A stretch of 64,000 bases of DNA from an uncultured Spirochaetota bacterium (GCA_963734495.1 CAVTHK010000013.1:1-64000); one strand, 5' to 3'; positions 50,957-62,192 are shown, counted from the stretch's first letter. Notes: generated by a model not told the origin, from the sequence alone. Translations and numbers: made by a program.

Positions 50957-51821
50957 TTAAGGCGGCGGAAGCTCCAGCACGGCGATCACGGGGTAATGGT
51001 CGCCGGCCGTGCGCTTGACCGTGCGCGCGTCGACGACGGTGATTCCCGGCGAGACGAAGATGAAATCCACGCGCGGCCGCAAACGGCAGCCGCACGCGCC
51101 AGTAGGTTCCCGAAAGCAGGCGGCCGGAAGCCGCCACGGTGTCGACGAAGCGCTCGCTCATCAGGCGGATGGCCGCGGAAGACGGGACGGTGTTGAAGTC
51201 GCCGCCCAGGATCACGGTCCCGGCGTCCTGGCCGTCGAGCCACCGCAGGATCTCCGCGACCGACTCGCTCCGCGGCGACTTGAGGGACATCTCGCGGAGC
51301 ACGGCGCCGATCGCGCGCCAGGGTCCGAGGCTCACCCGGCCGGCTTCGTCCCGCGGCTTGGCGATCGGATCGAGGTGGATGTCGACGAGAGTGACGGCCC
51401 GGCCGCCCACGACCGTCCGCGCGAGGAACGCTCCGCGGCGCAGCGCGCGACGAGGGCGCGACGAACGTCTGGAGCCGCCCGAGCGGCGCGCGCGACAGCA
51501 CTGCCACGCGCTGGCCGGCGTCGTAGGCGAGATGGTACGGGCCCCCGCCCGCGGACGCGATCCCCGCGACGAGGGCCGCGGCCCGATCCTCCGTGAGGAC
51601 CTCCTGGAGAAGGTAGACGTCCTTCCACCCACGGCCGCGAGGACCTCGACCACGCCTTCGAGCGGGGGCGCGATCCCCACGGCGTCGCCTGTGTTCCAGC
51701 TCATGACGGTGATGCGAACCGGAGGAGGCGCGGGCTCGGCGGTCATGCAGGACGAGAGGACGAGGGCGGCGGAGATTGCCGCCATGCCCGCAGCGCGCGC
51801 GCCGTGATCGCGGCCAGCCAT
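50957..51821 (-). CDS. Endonuclease/exonuclease/phosphatase family lipoprotein, frameshifted
   Basis: MSWN, LQEV, IHLD, GGDFN, DFIF and DHYP. Confidence 0.8.
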
Positions 51822-51919
51822 CGGCGACAGAGTGGTTCGCGGCGGCGCCGAGTGTCAACGCTCCCGGTTGAGCGGCGAAGCACGCTCTGCTACATTGGGC
51901 CCGGAGGCGCCCCATCGAC

Positions 51920-52394
51920 CAGGCGAGGCGCGACACCACCGAAGGCGTCATCCGCAGGTTCCGCCTGACGGATGCCGACGCGGTGAGCGCGGTCATCTGC
52001 AACACGCTCCTCATCTCGAACAGCCCCGACTACGAGGTCGAGGTCGTGCGCAACCTCGCGCGCGGCTTTACGCCGCAGGCGCTGCGCGCGATGTCGCACC
52101 GGCGCCAGATCTGGGTCTACGAGGAAGCAGGCCGCATCACCGCGACCATCGCGCTCGAGGACGACACGATCAGCGGCTTCTTCGTGGCTCCCGACCGACA
52201 GGGCCGGGGGATCGGCAAGCGCCTGCTGCGCTTCATGGAGGACAAGGCGCGTGCAGAAGGGCCTGCACGCGGTGCGCCTCTCCGCGAGCCTCACCGCGGT
52301 GAGCTTCTACGAAAGGCTGGGGTACAGCCCCTTCGGCGAGGAAGGCGGCGACGACGTGTACGGCCGGGTCGTGCCGATGAGAAAGCTGCTGTGA
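51920..52394 (+). CDS. GNAT acetyltransferase (start uncertain, frameshifted)
   Basis: FFVAPDRQGRGIGKRLL and ASLTAVSFYERLGY. Confidence 0.8.
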
Positions 52395-52654
52395 AGAAGA
52401 GGACGCTCGCCATCATCGCCATCGTCCTCGCGGCGGCGGTCGCGCTGGCGCGCATCGTCGGGATGGCGGCGCGGTCGCGGGAGGCGCCGCGGCACCGCGC
52501 ACCCGCCAGCTACCGCGAGTCGCCGATCCTCCGCGAGCGCGTCGAGCGCGGCGACCTGCCGCCGGTGGAGAAGCGGCTCCCCGACCAGCCGCTCGTGGTG
52601 CCTCCCGTCGAAGGCATCGGCCGCTACGACAGCGACCCCGTCCGCCGTCCCTAG
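52391..52654 (+). CDS. Short exported protein matching the N-terminus of family-5 solute-binding proteins (fragment?)
   Basis: Signal peptide followed by YRESPIL...GDLPPVEKRLPDQPLVV.PVEGIGRY, then a stop. Confidence 0.55.
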   Translation: MKKRTLAIIAIVLAAAVALARIVGMAARSREAPRHRAPASYRESPILRERVERGDLPPVEKRLPDQPLVVPPVEGIGRYDSDPVRRP

Positions 52655-53781
52655 CCCAGGCGCTTCCCGTAGATGCGCCAGGTCTTGTACGGCTTGATCG
52701 GCAGGTACGCGAGCGTCCCGTTCATCGGGTCGTTGTTCTCCACGATGAGCGACATCTCCATTTCGCGCGCGCCGATCTTGTAGGCGGCCTCGGCCACCGA
52801 CATGTAGAGCGCGATCTCGACCCCGCGGCCCCGGTACTCCTTGAGCACCCCCATGGCGAGCTGGCGCACCCTGTCGGTCTTCTTGATGCCTGCGTGAGCA
52901 GCTTGACGAAGCCGAACGGGAAGAGCCTGCCGTTGAGCTTCTTGACCGCGACGTTCGCGTCGTAGAGCGTGAGGGCCATGCCGATCGGCTTGCCTTCCTT
53001 CTCCACTATGAACGACGCTTCCTGAACGACCATGATCTTCAGCGCATCGATCATCCGCTCGAACTCGGCGCGTGTGAAAGGAACGTGGCCCCAGTTCGCG
53101 TCCCAGGCCGCGTTAAAGATGCCCAGCACGATCTCCGCTTCGCGGTGCAGCTTCGAGAGGTCGACGTTGCGGAAGGTGATGCCGGAGCGGGACAGGGCCC
53201 GCTCCTTGAGCCTGTGGATCCTGGGGTCGACGCGCTTGTAGCCGTCGACCAGGCCCCACCACCCCAGCCAGTCGACCGACTTGGCGTAGCCGGCGCCCTC
53301 GATGAGCGGGCCGTAGTAGCGCGGGTTGTGGACGCACATCACGTAGGGGTCGGTGTCGAAACCGTCGACGAGCGTGCCGACTTCGTCGTAGATCCCGAAG
53401 GAGAGCGGCCCCTCGCTCACCCTCTTGCCGCGGGCGCGCAGCCAGGCCTCGGCCGCGTCGAACAGGGCCGCGCGCGACCTCCGGGTCGTTCTCCGCCTCG
53501 AAGAACCCGAAGAAGCCCTTGCCGTCGTGGAAGCGCTCCTCGTGCAGCGGGTTGACGTGGGCGCTGATGCGGCCCACCGGGACCCCGTCGCGCCACGCCA
53601 TAAAGAGCTGCGCCTGGCCGTGCTTGTAGAAGACGCCCCGCTTCGGGTCGAGGAACTGCTTCTGGTCGGCGATGAGCGGAGGCACCCAGTGCGGGTCGTC
53701 GCGGTAGAGCCTCCACGGCATCTTGATGAACTGCGTGCGCTCGCGCGCCGTGTTCGCTTCCTTCACTTCAATGGCCGGCAT
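52651..53781 (-). CDS. YghO-like N-acetyltransferase, frameshifted
   Basis: LYRDDPHWVPPL, VGRISA, GFFGFFE, HNPRYY, AW.ANWGHVP and MGVLKEYRGRG. Confidence 0.8.
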
Positions 53782-53824
53782 TTCTCCCCCCGTCGACTTC
53801 GAGTCTCGTCGCGTGCGTCCCGGT

Positions 53825-54925
53825 CTATCGCACGACGCGCGCGCCGGCGCCCTTGACCATCCTCTCGACTTCGTCGAGGGTGGCCATCGACGTGTCGCCG
53901 GGCGTGGTCATCGCGAGAGCCCCATGAGCCGCCCCGTAGTCCACGGCCTTCTGCGGGTCGCCGGTGGTGAGCATCGCGTACACGAGCCCGCTGGCAAAGC
54001 TGTCGCCGCCGCCGACCCGGTCGAGGATCTCGAGCCCCTGCCGCGTCGGCGCCTGGTAGAACTGGCCGTCGGCCCAGACGATGGCGCCCCAGTCGTTGAC
54101 GGTGGCGCTGCGCACGGTGCGCAGGGTGGTGGCGACCATGCGGAAGTTCGCGTACGTCCGCGTGGCCTCGGTGATCATCTTCTTGTAGCCCTTGACGTCG
54201 AGCTCCGAGAGGTTCGCGTCCGCGCCTTCGACCTTGAAGCCGAGCGCCGCGGTAAAGTCCTCCTCGTTGCCGAGCATCACGTCCACGTAGCTCGCGAGGC
54301 GGCGGTTGACCTCCTGCGCCTTGGCCGTTCCGCCGATGCCCTTCCACATCGAGGGCCTGAAGTTCAGGTCGTAGGAGATGATCGTGCCGTGCTTGCGCGC
54401 GGCCTGCATCGCCTCTTCGATGAGCCCGGCCGTCGTCTCGGAGAGTCCGGCAAAGATGCCGCCGGTGTGGAACCAGCGGACGCCGCGCCGGCCGAAGAGC
54501 TCCTCCCAGTCGACGTCGCCCTTCTTCATCTGGGAGGCGGCGGTGTTGCCGCGGTCGGAGACGCCGAGCGCCCCGCGGACGCCGAAGCCGCGCTCGGTAA
54601 AGTTCAGCCCGTTGCGGACGTTGCGGCCGATGCCGTCGTAGGGCACCCACTTGATGAAGCGGGTGTCGACCCCGCCCTGCATCATGAAGTCCTCGACCAG
54701 GTGGCCGACCGCGTTGTCGGCGAACGCCGTCACCGCGGCGGCGCGCATGCGGAAGCACTTGCGGATGGCGCGGCAGACGTTGTACTCGCCGCCGCCTTCC
54801 CACACCTTGAACTCGCGCGCGCAGTTGATCCGGCCCTCGCCGGGGTCCAGGCGCAGCATGATCTCGCCCAACGACACGCAGTCGTACTCGCAGGTATCGG
54901 CCGAACGGATCTCCAGCACTGCCAC
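53825..54925 (-). CDS. kdgK: PfkB-family sugar kinase (2-keto-3-deoxygluconate kinase-like)
   Basis: LGEIMLRL, GGGEYNV, YDLNFRPSMW, GNEED and DRVGGGDSFASG. Confidence 0.8.
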   Translation of the reverse strand: MAVLEIRSADTCEYDCVSLGEIMLRLDPGEGRINCAREFKVWEGGGEYNVCRAIRKCFRMRAAAVTAFADNAVGHLVEDFMMQGGVDTRFIKWVPYDGIGRNVRNGLNFTERGFGVRGALGVSDRGNTAASQMKKGDVDWEELFGRRGVRWFHTGGIFAGLSETTAGLIEEAMQAARKHGTIISYDLNFRPSMWKGIGGTAKAQEVNRRLASYVDVMLGNEEDFTAALGFKVEGADANLSELDVKGYKKMITEATRTYANFRMVATTLRTVRSATVNDWGAIVWADGQFYQAPTRQGLEILDRVGGGDSFASGLVYAMLTTGDPQKAVDYGAAHGALAMTTPGDTSMATLDEVERMVKGAGARVVR

Positions 54926-54942
54926 TTTGGTTCCTCCTATGA

Positions 54943-55193
54943 CTTCGCGTCTTCGCGAAGTCCCAAGTCCCCCGTACTCGGGGGGCCCTCTTCGCGTCTT
55001 CGTCAGGCCCTAAGTCCCTTGTACTCGGGGGACCCTCTTCGCGTGCTTCGTCAGGTCCCCAGTCCCCCGTACTCGGGGGACCCTCTTCGCGTCTTCGCGA
55101 AGTCCCAAGTCCCCTGTACTCGGGGGACCCTCCTGTGGTCTCGTAGACCCCCTGTCCTCGGGTGGGTTCGACAAGTCCCGTACTCGGGGGGCC
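54943..55193. repeat. Tandem array of 47-48-bp units containing the hairpin GTCCCCCG-TACT-CGGGGGAC (REP-like)
   Basis: GTACTCGGGGG at 54974, 55021, 55069, 55116 and 55180, plus a degenerate copy at ~55154. Confidence 0.85.
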
Positions 55194-55208
55194 CGCCAAA
55201 CCGGCGGT

Positions 55209-55238
55209 ATTATCGAGGCAGAGGCGCGGAGCGGTCAA
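55209..55238 (-). promoter_or_regulatory. Putative promoter TTGACC-N18-GATAAT for the kdgK-like gene
   Basis: Hexamers lie just upstream of the repeat array. Confidence 0.45.
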
Positions 55239-55452
55239 GCATCGGGGAAGCCGGCTGGAGTCAGCGGCCGCAGCCGGTCGCGGTCCAGCCGCGCCCACCG
55301 CGAGCTCTGGCCCTGACTGCCGCGGCCGTCGCGGCTCGCGCTAAGCGCCGGCGCCGGGCGTGTGCCGCGGCTATCCCCGCAGGCGGCGGCGAGCAGCGTC
55401 GCGGCATACCCAGACGCTTGCACTTGCACCCAGACAACGCTATTTTAGAAGT

Positions 55453-55671
55453 ATGAAGACGACGGTTGATATTCCGGCGAAGGAGCTTCAGGATGCCATG
55501 CGCTTCCTCGGCGCGAAGACCAAGCGCGAGGCGGTCGTGACGGCCCTGCGCGAGTTCAACCGCCGCCGCCGGATGGCGAGACTGGTCAGGTTCTCGAACA
55601 CGCTGCAATTCGACACGAACGACCAGATCGAGGAACGCGAGGCCGCCGAAGGACGGGGCGGCGGGGCGTGA
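55453..55671 (+). CDS. vapB: VapB family antitoxin
   Basis: MKTTVDIP...AMRFLGAKTKREAVVTALREF; GTGA overlap with the PIN gene. Confidence 0.85.
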   Translation: MKTTVDIPAKELQDAMRFLGAKTKREAVVTALREFNRRRRMARLVRFSNTLQFDTNDQIEEREAAEGRGGGA

Positions 55672-56045
55672 AGCTCATCGATACCTCGTCCTGGATCGAG
55701 CAGCTGCGCCGCGGCGGCGATCCCGACGTGCGCGCACGCGTCGAGGCCCTGCTCGTCGCGGGCGAGGCCGCCTGGTGCCCCATGGTGCGCCTCGAGCTGT
55801 GGAACGGCGCCCGCGGCGGGCGCGAGCGGTCCGCACTGACCGCGATCGAGAAGGAGATCGTCTCGCTGGAAATCGGACCGGAGGCGTGGCACGCCGCCGA
55901 AGCTCTGGCCCGCTCCGCCCGGGCCCGCGGCGTCACGATACCGGCAACTGACCTGTTGGTCGCGGCTTGCGCGCGGCATCACGGCGTCGCCGTCGAGCAC
56001 AACGACGCCCACTTCGCTCAGATCGCTTCGCTTTCCGCCGAGTGA
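55668..56045 (+). CDS. vapC: VapC PIN-domain toxin
   Basis: LIDTSSWI, EL..G, TDLLVAA and HNDAHF. Confidence 0.9.
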   Translation: MKLIDTSSWIEQLRRGGDPDVRARVEALLVAGEAAWCPMVRLELWNGARGGRERSALTAIEKEIVSLEIGPEAWHAAEALARSARARGVTIPATDLLVAACARHHGVAVEHNDAHFAQIASLSAE

Positions 56046-56088
56046 GCGAACGCCGCGGGCGCCCGGCCGCCGCGGACAGGAGGGGACC

Positions 56089-57066
56089 ATGCGTTTTGTC
56101 GTATACGGCGCGGGCGCGATCGGGGGAACGATCGGCGCCCGGCTCTTCCAGCACGGCTACGAAGTCGTGCTGATCGCCCGCGGCGCGCACTTGGAGGCGA
56201 TCAGGCGGCAAGGCCTCACGTTCAAGAGCCCGGCCGAGACGGTGACGCTGCCGATGGCCTGCGTGGGGCACCCGTCGGAGATCCGCTTCCAGGCCGGCGA
56301 CCTCGTGCTGATGACGATGAAAGCCCAGCACTCCGAGGACGCCCTGAGGACGCTCAGGGACACCGCGGGGCAGGGCGTTCCCGTCGTCTGCGCGCAGAAC
56401 GGCGTCGCCAACGAGCCGATGGCGCTGCGCCTGTTCGAGCGCGTCTACGGCATGTGCGTCTACATACCCGCCACCCACCTCGTGCCCGGCGTCGTGCAGA
56501 CCGAGGCGAAGACGACGACGGGCATCCTCGACGTCGGCCGTTATCCCTCCGGCACCGACGAAACGGCCGGCCTGCTCGCCGGCGCGCTCTCGCAGTCCGG
56601 TTTCTCGTGCCGTGCGGTCTCGGACGTGATGCGCTGGAAATACGAGAAGCTGCTGGGCAATCTGCGCAACGCGCTCGGCGTGCTCTGCAGCGAAAAGGCG
56701 CAGGCCGTGGCCGCGATGGCGACCCGCGAGGCGCTGGACTGCTATGCGGCGGCCGGGATCGAGTGGGCGTCAAAGGAGGAGGTCGCCGAGCGACATGGCC
56801 AGCTCCTCGAGGTCGTTGACGTCGACGGCAAGCCGAGGCCCGGGAGCTCGTCATGGCAGAGCATCGCGCGCGGCACAGGCTCGATCGAGACCGATTACCT
56901 GAACGGCGAGATCGTGCTGATGGGCAGGCAGCACGGCGTACCCACCCCGGCCAACGAGGTGCTGCAGACGCTGGCCGGCCGCATGGCCAGGGAGGGCGGT
57001 TCCCCCGGCCGCTACTCCGCCCGCGAGCTGGAAGCATCGATCGTCGAGGCGGGCGGGCGATTCTGA
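56089..57066 (+). CDS. Ketopantoate reductase (ApbA/PanE) family protein
   Basis: YGAGAIGG, AQNG, KYEKLLGN, SSWQS and ETDYLNGEI. Confidence 0.85.
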   Translation: MRFVVYGAGAIGGTIGARLFQHGYEVVLIARGAHLEAIRRQGLTFKSPAETVTLPMACVGHPSEIRFQAGDLVLMTMKAQHSEDALRTLRDTAGQGVPVVCAQNGVANEPMALRLFERVYGMCVYIPATHLVPGVVQTEAKTTTGILDVGRYPSGTDETAGLLAGALSQSGFSCRAVSDVMRWKYEKLLGNLRNALGVLCSEKAQAVAAMATREALDCYAAAGIEWASKEEVAERHGQLLEVVDVDGKPRPGSSSWQSIARGTGSIETDYLNGEIVLMGRQHGVPTPANEVLQTLAGRMAREGGSPGRYSARELEASIVEAGGRF

Positions 57067-57119
57067 GGGCGATTCCGAGTGGCCGCCGCGAGGTGCCCTT
57101 CTTACATTGACGTCGCCGA

Positions 57120-58136
57120 TGGCCATCACGATCCGTGAGCTCGAGACCTGGGACGAAGCGGCCCCGTACTGGCGCGAGCTCGAGCGCGGCTATCGCGGCG
57201 GCGAGCTCACCTTCGACCTCGAGGCGCACAGGATCGTGTGGGAAGGCTTCTACCGCGCGCGCGGCGCGCTCCTCCGGATCTTCGTGGCGCTCGACGGAGC
57301 GGCGATGCGTCGGGGTCTTCCCGCTGCTGCACACAAGCGAGGACGGCGAGGGGTCCTGGACCTTCACCGACGACTTCATCATCGCCCGCGAGTACTTCTG
57401 CCCGCCCGCAGCGCATCCACGAGGTTCTCCCGCTGCTGCCCCCCACCTCGCCGACGACCTGAGCTGCTTTTACGTGCCCGAGGTCACGGCGGGCTTCGTC
57501 CGCGTGCCCGGCGGCGGTCATCGACCTGCGCGAGAGCCGGGACGCATACCTCGCGACGCTCTCCAAGAAGCCGCGGCAGCAGCTGCGCCGCGCGTGGGAG
57601 GCGAACGCCGACCTCCGCGTCGAGGAGGACGCGCGGGTGCGGCGCGAGGAGATCGGGCCGTTGGTGAGGAAGTACCTGGACTACTGGAAGATGAAGGTCG
57701 ACGGCGCGCCCGAACGCGTCGCCTACAGCCGCGACAAGGTCGCGACCGACCTCGCGCTCATGGAGCGGGCGGCCGCGCTCGGCAAGCTCGTGGCGCTCTA
57801 CTTCGACCTCGACGGCGCCCTCGTCGCCGCCAACTTCGCGGCGCTGCGCGACCGCGACCGCGTCGACGACTACCTCTGCCTGCGCGACGCAGGCCCCGAG
57901 CTGGCGCAGCGCGGCCTCGGCATCTACGCGGTGCTGAGGAACATGGAGAGCCTGCCGCGCCGGGGCGTGCGCCGCTACGACCTGAGCGCGTGGATCACGG
58001 ATTACAAGAGGAAGTTCCTGAACGCCGAAGCGCTTCTTCTACGCCTGGGGCGAGGGACCGCCCTGGCGGGCGGCAAAGGCGCGGCGAGGAATCAAAGGCG
58101 GGCGAAGCATGGGCGACGTCGTCATCAGGGAAGTGA
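57120..58136 (+). CDS. GNAT-fold (Acetyltransf_6-like) protein, frameshifted
   Basis: VIDL.ES.DAYLATLSKKPRQQLRRA, LVAANF, GLG and RYDL...TDYKRKF. Confidence 0.65.
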   Translation, partial: WPSRSVSSRPGTKRPRTGASSSAAIAAASSPSTSRRTGSCGKASTARAARSSGSSWRSTERRCVGVFPLLHTSEDGEGSWTFTDDFIIAREYFCPPAAHPRGSPAAAPHLADDLSCFYVPEVTAGFVRVPGGGHRPAREPGRIPRDALQEAAAAAAPRVGGERRPPRRGGRAGAARGDRAVGEEVPGLLEDEGRRRARTRRLQPRQGRDRPRAHGAGGRARQARGALLRPRRRPRRRQLRGAARPRPRRRLPLPARRRPRAGAARPRHLRGAEEHGEPAAPGRAPLRPERVDHGLQEEVPERRSASSTPGARDRPGGRQRRGEESKAGEAWATSSSGK

Positions 58137-58541
58137 CCGGCCTCGAGGACGTGCGGCAGCTCGTGCGCCTCTACGGCCGGGTCTGGCCCGGCTCGTTCGG
58201 CATCGTCGACCTGCTCGCCTCCGACGCCGACTGCCTGCTGCTCACCGAGGGCGGCACGGCAGATCGCGGCGTACGCCTTTGTCGAGCCGGACGCGGCGCG
58301 GGCCTTCGCGGAGCTGCAGGACATCGGCGTCGACCCCGACGTGCAGCGGCCGCGGCCTGGGGCGGCGCGCTGCTCGCCGAGGTCCAGCGAGCGCTACCCC
58401 GCGCTCAAGCTGATCGCCGACGCGACGAAGCCCGCGCTGCTGCGCTTCTACGAGCGCGCGGGCTTCGCGACCGAGAGCGTCGTGGAGAACTACTACGCCG
58501 TCGGCCGCGACGGCGTGCGGATGAGCTGGCGGCGCGCGTAG
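58109..58541 (+). CDS. GNAT acetyltransferase (RimI-like), frameshifted
   Basis: DIGVDPD...RGLG.AL, LRFYERAGF and ENYY. Confidence 0.75.
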
Positions 58542-59923
58542 GCGTGCTGCGCGACGAGCCGCAGCAGGGGCACGCGCAGCGGCCGCGGCAGCAGGTCCCG
58601 CGGCGAGCGGTCGGGGTCCCAGCGGAGGGCGAGCAGGCCGCGGCGCGCCGCGGCGTCGCGCGGGTCCTCGGCGAGCCGGCGCAGCAGGCGCACGTCCGCG
58701 GCCTCCTGCGCGAGCGCCGCCTGCGGCAGCGCCGCGAGGCAGGCCGCGATCTGCGCGTCCGTGTAGCCGCAGCGGCGCGGGTCCGCGCCCAGGGCCGCGA
58801 GCATGCCGACGATGCGGCGGCACTTCTCGCAGCGGCCGCAGGGCCGCACGCGGCCGCCCTCGATGTGCGCCGCGTGGCAGGAGACCTGCTCGCGCTGAAG
58901 GTCCGGGTAGCGCTCGACCAGGACCTTCTGCGACCAGCAGCTCGCTCAGGGGCCGCAGCAGCGACAGCTGCTCGAGGGCCCAGCCCTTCGCGCGGTAGTA
59001 CTCCGTGAGCCGGCGGTCGAAGAAGAGGCTCTGGTCGTACAGCCCGTCGTAGTGCGGGATCCCGTCGTGCTCGACGCGCCCGCGTCGTGTCGTGCTCGCA
59101 GCCGATGACGACGCGGCCGAGGCCGCGCTTGCGCACGAGCGGCAGCACGCCGAAGAGGAAGACCGCGACGGTCCAGAGCCGGATCGGGTAGTCGTCGCTG
59201 CGCACGCGGGCGAAGTCGGGCCGCACGAAGGGCAGGCGGCGCAGCATCCAGCCGAACAGCGCGGTCCGCGTTCGTCCACACGCGCGCGGTGGCCGGCCGC
59301 GTCGCGCGCAGGTGCCTGTAGGCGTTCAGCGCCGTGTACCAGTGGCGGCCCGACTCGTTGACGAAGATCGGGTGCGCCGGCTTGCCCAGCTCCTCCAGCA
59401 GCCCGAGGCTCAGGAGGCTCTCCTTGCCGCCGCTCGAGAGCACGGCGTAGGAGTCGGCGGGGCGGCCGCCGGGGCGTCGCACGGGCTCCGCGGCGGCCCC
59501 GTCGAAGCGCAGCTCCGCCCGGCAGTAGCGCTCGCGCGGCCCGGGCTCGAGCCGCGCGGCCGGGCCGACCAGGAACGGGTTCGGCTTGAGCAGCTTGTTG
59601 ACGTAGATCTCGCGCGCCGTGTTCTCCGCCATCTCGTCGAGGAAGCGCGCGGTCGACTGCGTCGAAATCGCCGTGGAAGACGATGCGTCCGGCAGAAGAG
59701 GCCGTAGTTCAGCGCGACCTGGGCGCCGATGAGCGCGGCGAGGTTGAGCGAGGCGCGGTCGCCCGGATCGAAGACCGGCTCCTCGTACGCGTAGACGAGC
59801 TCCGTCTCGCCGCCCGCGCCGCCCGACGACGCGGTACGGGCAGACGACGCGGCGCGGCTCGACGCGGACGGGGCCGACTTCGAGCGTGTCGAAGGCGAGC
59901 AGGGGATCAGCGGGCGAGCGCAT
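58493..59923 (-). CDS. PP-loop (HUP) ATP pyrophosphatase with a C-terminal Cys cluster, MurL/QueC-like, frameshifted
   Basis: VLSSGGKESL, NESGRHW, YDQS, SLLRPLSEL and SCH...PCGRCEKC. Confidence 0.7.
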
Positions 59924-61044
59924 GGACGCGGGCCGCGGGGGGCACGCGCGGCGAGCAGCGGCAACGAGCGACTCGCAGCCCGTCGTGCAGCGGGTCCAGG
60001 ACGGGCAGGCCGGTCTCCGAGGCGAGCCTCGCGCACGACCTCGGGGATCTCGTCGGGCGCGAGGCCCTCGTGGTTCAGCGTGATCGCGACGACCGGCCGG
60101 TCGCTCACCAGCTCGATCGCGCGGATCTGGCGCTCGAGCGGGTGCAGCGGGTAGCCGGGGAAGCCGTCGTAGTCGCGGCGCGCGGGCGCGTGCTGCAGGA
60201 TCACGGCGTGAGGCCGGCCCGCGGCCAGGAGCTCGAAGCCGCCGGGGTACGCCGGGTTCATCAGGCTCCCCTGCCCTTCGAGCACGAGCGCGTCGGCGCC
60301 GGTCTCCTTCCACGCGCTCCAGACCGCGTGCTCGATCTCGCCGGCGACGAAGTCGTTGATGAGCGAGTCGAGGATGATGGAGTAGCGCGCGCCCTGAAGC
60401 CACGCGGTCTGCCCCGTGCCGATGAGCTGGGCGCCCCACCCCTCGGCCTCGAACGCCTCGACCAGCTTCCACGCGGTCGTCCGCTTGCCCACGGCCGAGT
60501 CGGTGCCGAGCACGGCTACGCGCAGCGCGGTCACCTCTTCGATCGCGCCGGTAAAGGCGTGAAGCTCGCCGCGCCCGGGGGTGCGGCGCACGTCGCGGAT
60601 CGCGAGCCCGCGCGCGGCCGCGAGGGCCGCGAGCTCCGGGTCGTCGCGCGAGAAAGTCGTGGAGCCCGCTGTCGACGTTGAGGCCCGCCTCGAGGGCGGC
60701 GCGCGCGGCCTCGCGCGCCGCGGCGAGGCAGCCGCCCGCCGTCGGTGGCGAGGCCGATCACGAAGTGCGTCGCGGGGCGGCCCTCGGCGGCCGCGGCGCG
60801 GACCGCGTCCGCGAGCGATGCGCGCACCGGGATGCCGGCGGGCCGGCCGTCGAGCAGCTCGCCGGCGTCCGCGCCGGCGCACGCGGAGTCGACGATCGAG
60901 AGCACCTCGTAGCGGCGGCTCCTGCCGCACGAGCCCGTGCGCGGTCTTGCCGTAGGTGGTGGAGAAGGCGCCTTCGCAGTAGACGATCGCGCGGCCCTCG
61001 GGAAAAGCCGCGCCCGCCTGCGGGCGCGGCGGCGGCCTCTTCAT
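59907..61044 (-). CDS. DUF1611 family protein (DgcN-like), frameshifted; end approximate
   Basis: GKTAHGLVR, SGLH.F, VLGTDSAVGKRTT, GTGQT and EGQGSL. Confidence 0.85.
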
Positions 61045-62136
61045 TTATGACCTTCTTCCCGTGAGGACGACCACGTAGCGGTCCTTGGGCAGGGGCTCGC
61101 GCCGATGGCGCTCCAGGAGCGCCGCGAGCCCGGCGGTCGAGGCGGGCAGGACGTGCAGGCCTTCGCGCTCGCGCAGGAACCGGGAGTAGGCGATCATCGT
61201 GCGGTCGGTGGCGTTGCCGGCCCAGCCCCCGGTCGCGCGGACCGCGGCGAGGGCATGCTCGCCGTCGCTCGCGTGCCAGTTGATGAGCGGCTCGTTGACC
61301 GCGGACTCGTGGATGGCGTCGGGCCTGAGGTCCTCGCAGCTCAGCAGGTTCTTGAGCGCGGCCTGCACGATGGGGTTCTTCGCCACGGAGGAGCCGGCCA
61401 CCATGCGCGGCAGGCGCGAGGTGCGGCCGCGGCGGAAGAGGCTCGCGAAGCCCCAGTAGATGCCGGCGAGCGTCGTCCCGTTGGACACGGGCACGGCGAC
61501 GGCCGCCGGCGCGTCGCGGAGCTCGTCGTAGATCTCGTGCGCGATCTGGCCGTAGGCGCGGAGCTGGATCGCGGTGTTCGCGCCTCCGGGGTTCGCGTCG
61601 TAGAGCTCGTGCTCAGCCGCGGTCCGCCGCGAGATCTCGACCGCGGTCTCGTAGTCGCCAGGCACGAGCACGACCTCGGCGTCGAGCTCGCGGATCTCCT
61701 TGAGGCGGTGGCCGTGATAGCTCTCGGGCACGTAGGCGACGCAGCGCAGCCCGGCGAGGGCCGCGGCCGAAGCCATCGCGACGCCATAGTTGCCGCAGGT
61801 CGCGAGCGTCACCGCGTCGTAGCCGCGGCGCAGCGCGTCCATCACCTGCACGCCGGCGATGCGGTCCTTCTGCGTGCCGGTCGGGTTGCCGCCTTCGAAC
61901 TTGAGATAGACCTGGCTCAGCCCGAACGCGCGCTCGAAGCTGCGGGCGCGCGTGAGGCCGGTGTCGCCGATCTCGGAGTCGAAGATGCTCTCGAACGCCT
62001 CGAGCCTCTGCTCGAGCGAGAGCGCGGCGTCGGGGGCGGGGCGCAGGACGCGGGTGAGGCCTGAGGCCTCGCCGGTACTGAGGGGATCCTCGGCTGCTGA
62101 TTGCGTGGCTTCTTCGGTTGCCTGTATGGCGAGCAT
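61045..62136 (-). CDS. PLP-dependent fold-II enzyme, threonine synthase-like
   Basis: YLKFEGGNPTGTQKDR, TCGNYG, VPVSNGTT, PASTAG and VLTG. Confidence 0.85.
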   Translation of the reverse strand: MLAIQATEEATQSAAEDPLSTGEASGLTRVLRPAPDAALSLEQRLEAFESIFDSEIGDTGLTRARSFERAFGLSQVYLKFEGGNPTGTQKDRIAGVQVMDALRRGYDAVTLATCGNYGVAMASAAALAGLRCVAYVPESYHGHRLKEIRELDAEVVLVPGDYETAVEISRRTAAEHELYDANPGGANTAIQLRAYGQIAHEIYDELRDAPAAVAVPVSNGTTLAGIYWGFASLFRRGRTSRLPRMVAGSSVAKNPIVQAALKNLLSCEDLRPDAIHESAVNEPLINWHASDGEHALAAVRATGGWAGNATDRTMIAYSRFLREREGLHVLPASTAGLAALLERHRREPLPKDRYVVVLTGRRS

Positions 62137-62192
62137 GTTTCCTCCTGGAACTGTCGGCCCTGGCGATGCTTGTGAGGGAACACGCGTGACGT

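Noticed and set aside
54943-55193. CRISPR array
   Set aside because: The sequences between hairpins are near-identical rather than unique spacers, the period is short, and no cas genes are present.
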